A stretch of DNA of 63,856 nt, the filler included, from Craspedostauros australis (taxonomy: Eukaryota), in the NCBI GenBank assembly GCA_030167865.1. It is 15 parts of 15 records of this genome, joined end to end, with 100 filler letters (N's around TTAATTAATTAA, not from the genome) between each part and the next. Parts side by side here need not be neighbours in the genome. Positions count along the whole stretch, not along the records: positions 55,380 to 61,978 come from JALAGF010006134.1; positions 62,079 to 63,856 come from JALAGF010006135.1; 13 more parts are not named here. One strand, given 5' to 3'. Positions within the stretch are counted from its first letter, which is position 1. Every line of letters starts with the position of its first letter. The position numbers were made by a program, and so were the translations under genes. The notes beneath the pieces are model-generated. The model ran no database searches. It was not told the origin of the DNA and saw nothing but the letters and a program-made list of their open reading frames with translations. Shown here piece after piece: positions 60,801 to 63,856 of this stretch.

Positions 60801-61530
60801 AGAGGCATGCCTTTGACCATCATGAGTGCCATCCTCACACCAATTCATGCTGCTGTCTTGTGTGTTGCCTTGATCTGCTTGGACTTCCACAGCCCTCCAG
60901 AGAATTTGTTGGAGGTGGCAACCAGTCTGACCCTCAGCTTGACCATGTGCAGGTTCATGCCTGCGGACATATTGTTGAAGTACACATCGTGAAACATGCC
61001 TGTCCAGTCATCAAGAGAGGTGCCCTCTTTCAGAGCCCTGTCCAGGTCCTTCACAAATGCCAGCACTTCATCCATAGCACCTTCTTCCCCCATCATGTGC
61101 ACAAAGGGTTCAGACCCTCTGATCAGCAGGTTGCGTTCCTGGAGGATGTCATCCCATTTTTGCTCCAGCTGGTGGCTCCAAATCCAACAGTTCTCATTCT
61201 CTGTGGGACAAGTTGACACTGTCTTTTTGCTGGTGAGATCCTGGCCTGTTGCTTTCCTCCTCAACCACCTCCTCATCCGCTGTCACCACCAGTGTGACAC
61301 CCTCCTCTTCCTGTACCCGCACAGGGTGTTGTCTGTTTCTTTTGGGTCCTCTGAGAGCCTCTCCCAGAGTCGTTTGTAGCATCGTTTCATGCCATGGTAA
61401 TTTATGTTTTCTAGTGCAGTTTCTACTTGTTCTACGTAAATTGCACTGGTCCTACGTACGTCTTCAACTGTGGGACGGTCACAAGACTGTAGGTAGAATG
61501 CACTATTTTTCCGAGTGTTTCCCATGTCTT
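57844..61530 (-). mobile_element. Second, decayed copy of the non-LTR retrotransposon: ORF1 with stops and frameshifts, plus the N-terminus of the APE endonuclease
   Basis: 59404-61046 is the reverse complement of 47691-49388; IRIVFQNV...DMLCMSKINVNW at ~58170-58035 is an APE N-terminal motif. Confidence 0.8.
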
Positions 61531-62078
61531 GGCTTTCACAGAAACCAACAGTGGACTCACCAGACCCAGGATTTGTGGCAAAGGTTTGGAGGCATTCGTT
61601 GGAACTATGTTTTAATTTCCCAAACCCCAACAGCAAGAAAAGACCGTCACCAAGAAATGAAACACAACAACACGACAATGGGGAAACAAAACAACACTCT
61701 GTGAGAACTGCCAAAAGTCATGGACAGCACTGCATCAACCACCAGTCCAATGCCAGATCCAAGCACATCAACGGAACCGCCATATAAATCTTGGTGGATG
61801 GGCAAGAGGGAGCTATCATAGCGGTTCATTTGAATCAGCGATAGTGAAAAGAGCGAAACGTGCAAAAATGCGTCAAAAATGCATGTTGGGTACAGGCTGT
61901 GTGTGGACGATACAAGCCATTTAAACAACCATAGATGGGCAAGACGCATCAAGGGGATCAAGATGAAGGGTACTACGANNNNNNNNNNNNNNNNNNNNNN
62001 NNNNNNNNNNNNNNNNNNNNNNTTAATTAATTAANNNNNNNNNNNNNNNNNNNNNNNNNNNNNNNNNNNNNNNNNNNN

Positions 62079-63856
62079 ATAATGAACAGCCTTGCGCCAC
62101 CACAGACAAACAACACACTGGAGTATGTAACCGTTGTGCAGGGGTGATGCGTTTTGTGGACGGCCGATATGTCCCTTTCGTGACATCGCTTATGGAAGAT
62201 CACCTTGCGGAACATGCGACAGAATTGGAGTCGATGCTCAATGCCGCACCNNNNNNNNNNNNNNNNNNNNNNNNNNNNNNNNNNNNNNNNNNNNNNNNNN
62301 NAAATACTGTGGTACATGGCACACAAAGTGCGCAGCAAGGTTCAATTTGGACAAATTGAGCAGTACCTCCGAAGTATCAACAACCGAGAGGATCGCGCAC
62401 ATGTGGTGCTGGACCACAAACAGAAAATTCTTCCGACTGGCCAAGGCGAAGCTCAACAAGAATACTGGGGCAAGAAGGGCATGTCTCTGTTGGGTGCGAT
62501 GGTGATCACATGTCACAATGACACACTCACTTATCGCTTCATTGATATCATTGTGAAGGGGAGGCCAACTCAAGACACCCTCCAAGTTGGCAGGCTTCTC
62601 AAAATTGTGCAACAACAGGTGAGAAAAATTCTTCCATTGGTCACCGAAATTGTCATCCAATCCGATAACGCGTCTTGTTTCGCGAGCCACGAGCACATCC
62701 CGCTGATCACATCAGTGCTGAACAAGAACCTTGGAACGCGAAATGTCCCCAAGATTGCGGCCTGGATCTACACCGAAGCGCAAACAGGTAAAGGTCGCCT
62801 TGACACGCACTTTGCGTACATCACCGTTGTGTTGCGAGCCTACGTGCTGGAGGACAATGACATCAAGACGGAACACCAACTTTTCGATGCATTGGAAGCT
62901 GGCAACATTGCAGGAACAACCACAGTTTTGGTGGATGCAGAATGCCTTGAGGGGCGTGTCCTGAGTTTCCCCGGCATGCCAAAGAAGCGTGTCTGCGCGA
63001 AAGGGCAAAAGGTACGCCAAACGCACGAGGTCAAGTTCGGAGACGATGAGGCCAATTTGGTGGTGGCATCTGGTGTCACAGATGACATACTTGTCCCATG
63101 TGTGGAGTGGGAGGGATGGGAAATCAACCGGCTGGGTGTCCGCACGATCGCAACGCACACGTCAGGAAAGGAACCGTTCACCGCCGAATCGCCAAAGAAG
63201 AAGAAGAAGAAGGCGCGAAAGTGGGGTGCTACCGCGGTGGAGAGCAAGGCGCTCGTGTTTCGCGATGCATTGGAGATGGGGCAAGGAGAGCTACCACNNN
63301 NNNNNNNNNNNNNNNNNNNNNNNNNNNNNNNNNNNNNNNNNNNNNNNTGTGTGGAGTGGGAGGGATGGGAAATCAACCGGCTGGGTGTCCGCACGATCGC
63401 AACGCACACGTCAGGAAAGGAACCGTTCACCGCCGAATCGCCAAAGAAGAAGAAGAAGANNNNNNNNNNNNNNNNNNNNNNNNNNNNNNNNNNNNNNNNN
63501 NNNNNNNNNNNNNNNNNNNNNNNNNNNNNNNNNNNNNNNNNNNNNNNNNNNNNNNNNNNNNNNNNNNNNNNNNNNNNNNNNNNNNNNNNNNNCCCCCGAC
63601 TCGCGGTGAAGGGCTGGGCAGTGAAAACAACGCGCAGCAACGCTGAGTTACCACGGTACGTACTGCAGAAATTGGATGAAATGAGCACGGCCGCCAAAAA
63701 GGACCCGAAAACCCGACCAACAGAACACGAAGCGCACCGCCGATTGATGGAGCTGCAGGGAACAGAGACTGTTTGGTTCACGCAATTGCACGGAAGTCCA
63801 ATGCGCGTGAAATCGCACCTGACCGCGGCGTACTACAGCTCACAACGAGACGCGAA
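62079..63856 (+). mobile_element. Sola-like (possibly Sola3-type) DDD transposase, partial; the main frame is absent from the supplied ORF track
   Basis: Manual translation of 62304-63297 is open: VLDHKQK (D at 62412), QSDNASCF (D at 62664), TEAQTGKGRLDTHF (D at 62802), PKKKKKK NLS; C-terminal KGWAVK helical domain after the last gap. Confidence 0.7.

Noticed and set aside
3004..62034. Regularly recurring TTAATTAATTAA as a biological repeat or piggyBac TTAA site
   Set aside because: Always embedded in Ns with stops in six frames; an artificial concatenation spacer
1..63856. A clustered defence island of STAND ATPases, ankyrins, LRR protein and patatin
   Set aside because: The genes lie on separate concatenated scaffolds, apart from the patatin fragment and one ankyrin gene, so co-location is not evidence

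Overview
Eukaryotic, most likely diatom (stramenopile), draft assembly. The window is 15 unrelated short scaffolds concatenated by 14 artificial N-TTAATTAATTAA-N spacers, so gene neighbourhood across spacers means nothing. Many internal ~50-N gaps join two overlapping, slightly divergent copies of the same sequence (alleles or repeat copies). Host genes: two STAND/AAA-type ATPase proteins, MTFP1/MTP18, three related ankyrin-repeat proteins, a patatin fragment, a borealin-like fragment, an S1-domain gene cut by an LTR, a 3-exon secreted single-pass membrane protein, a TLDc pseudogene, a secreted CIA30-like protein, a type II membrane LRR protein and an SGNH/PC-esterase-like protein. Roughly 40% of the window is mobile or repetitive DNA: two Ty1/copia (CoDi-like) gag-pol regions with large extra inserts, further copia LTR/PBS ends, two decayed copies of an APE-RT-RNase H non-LTR retrotransposon, two Sola-like DDD transposase copies, a 588-bp CCCT...AGGG MITE with ATAT target sites, a ~230-bp hairpin-bearing satellite and a dispersed ~240-bp repeat. 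I see no prokaryotic-style operon, CRISPR array or rRNA/tRNA gene. The most notable items are a DARPin-like ankyrin array with a near-identical framework and hypervariable binding positions, the ATAT-target piggyBac-like MITE, and a Cys4 extra domain inside a copia polyprotein. All family assignments come from motif recognition by eye; no searches were run.
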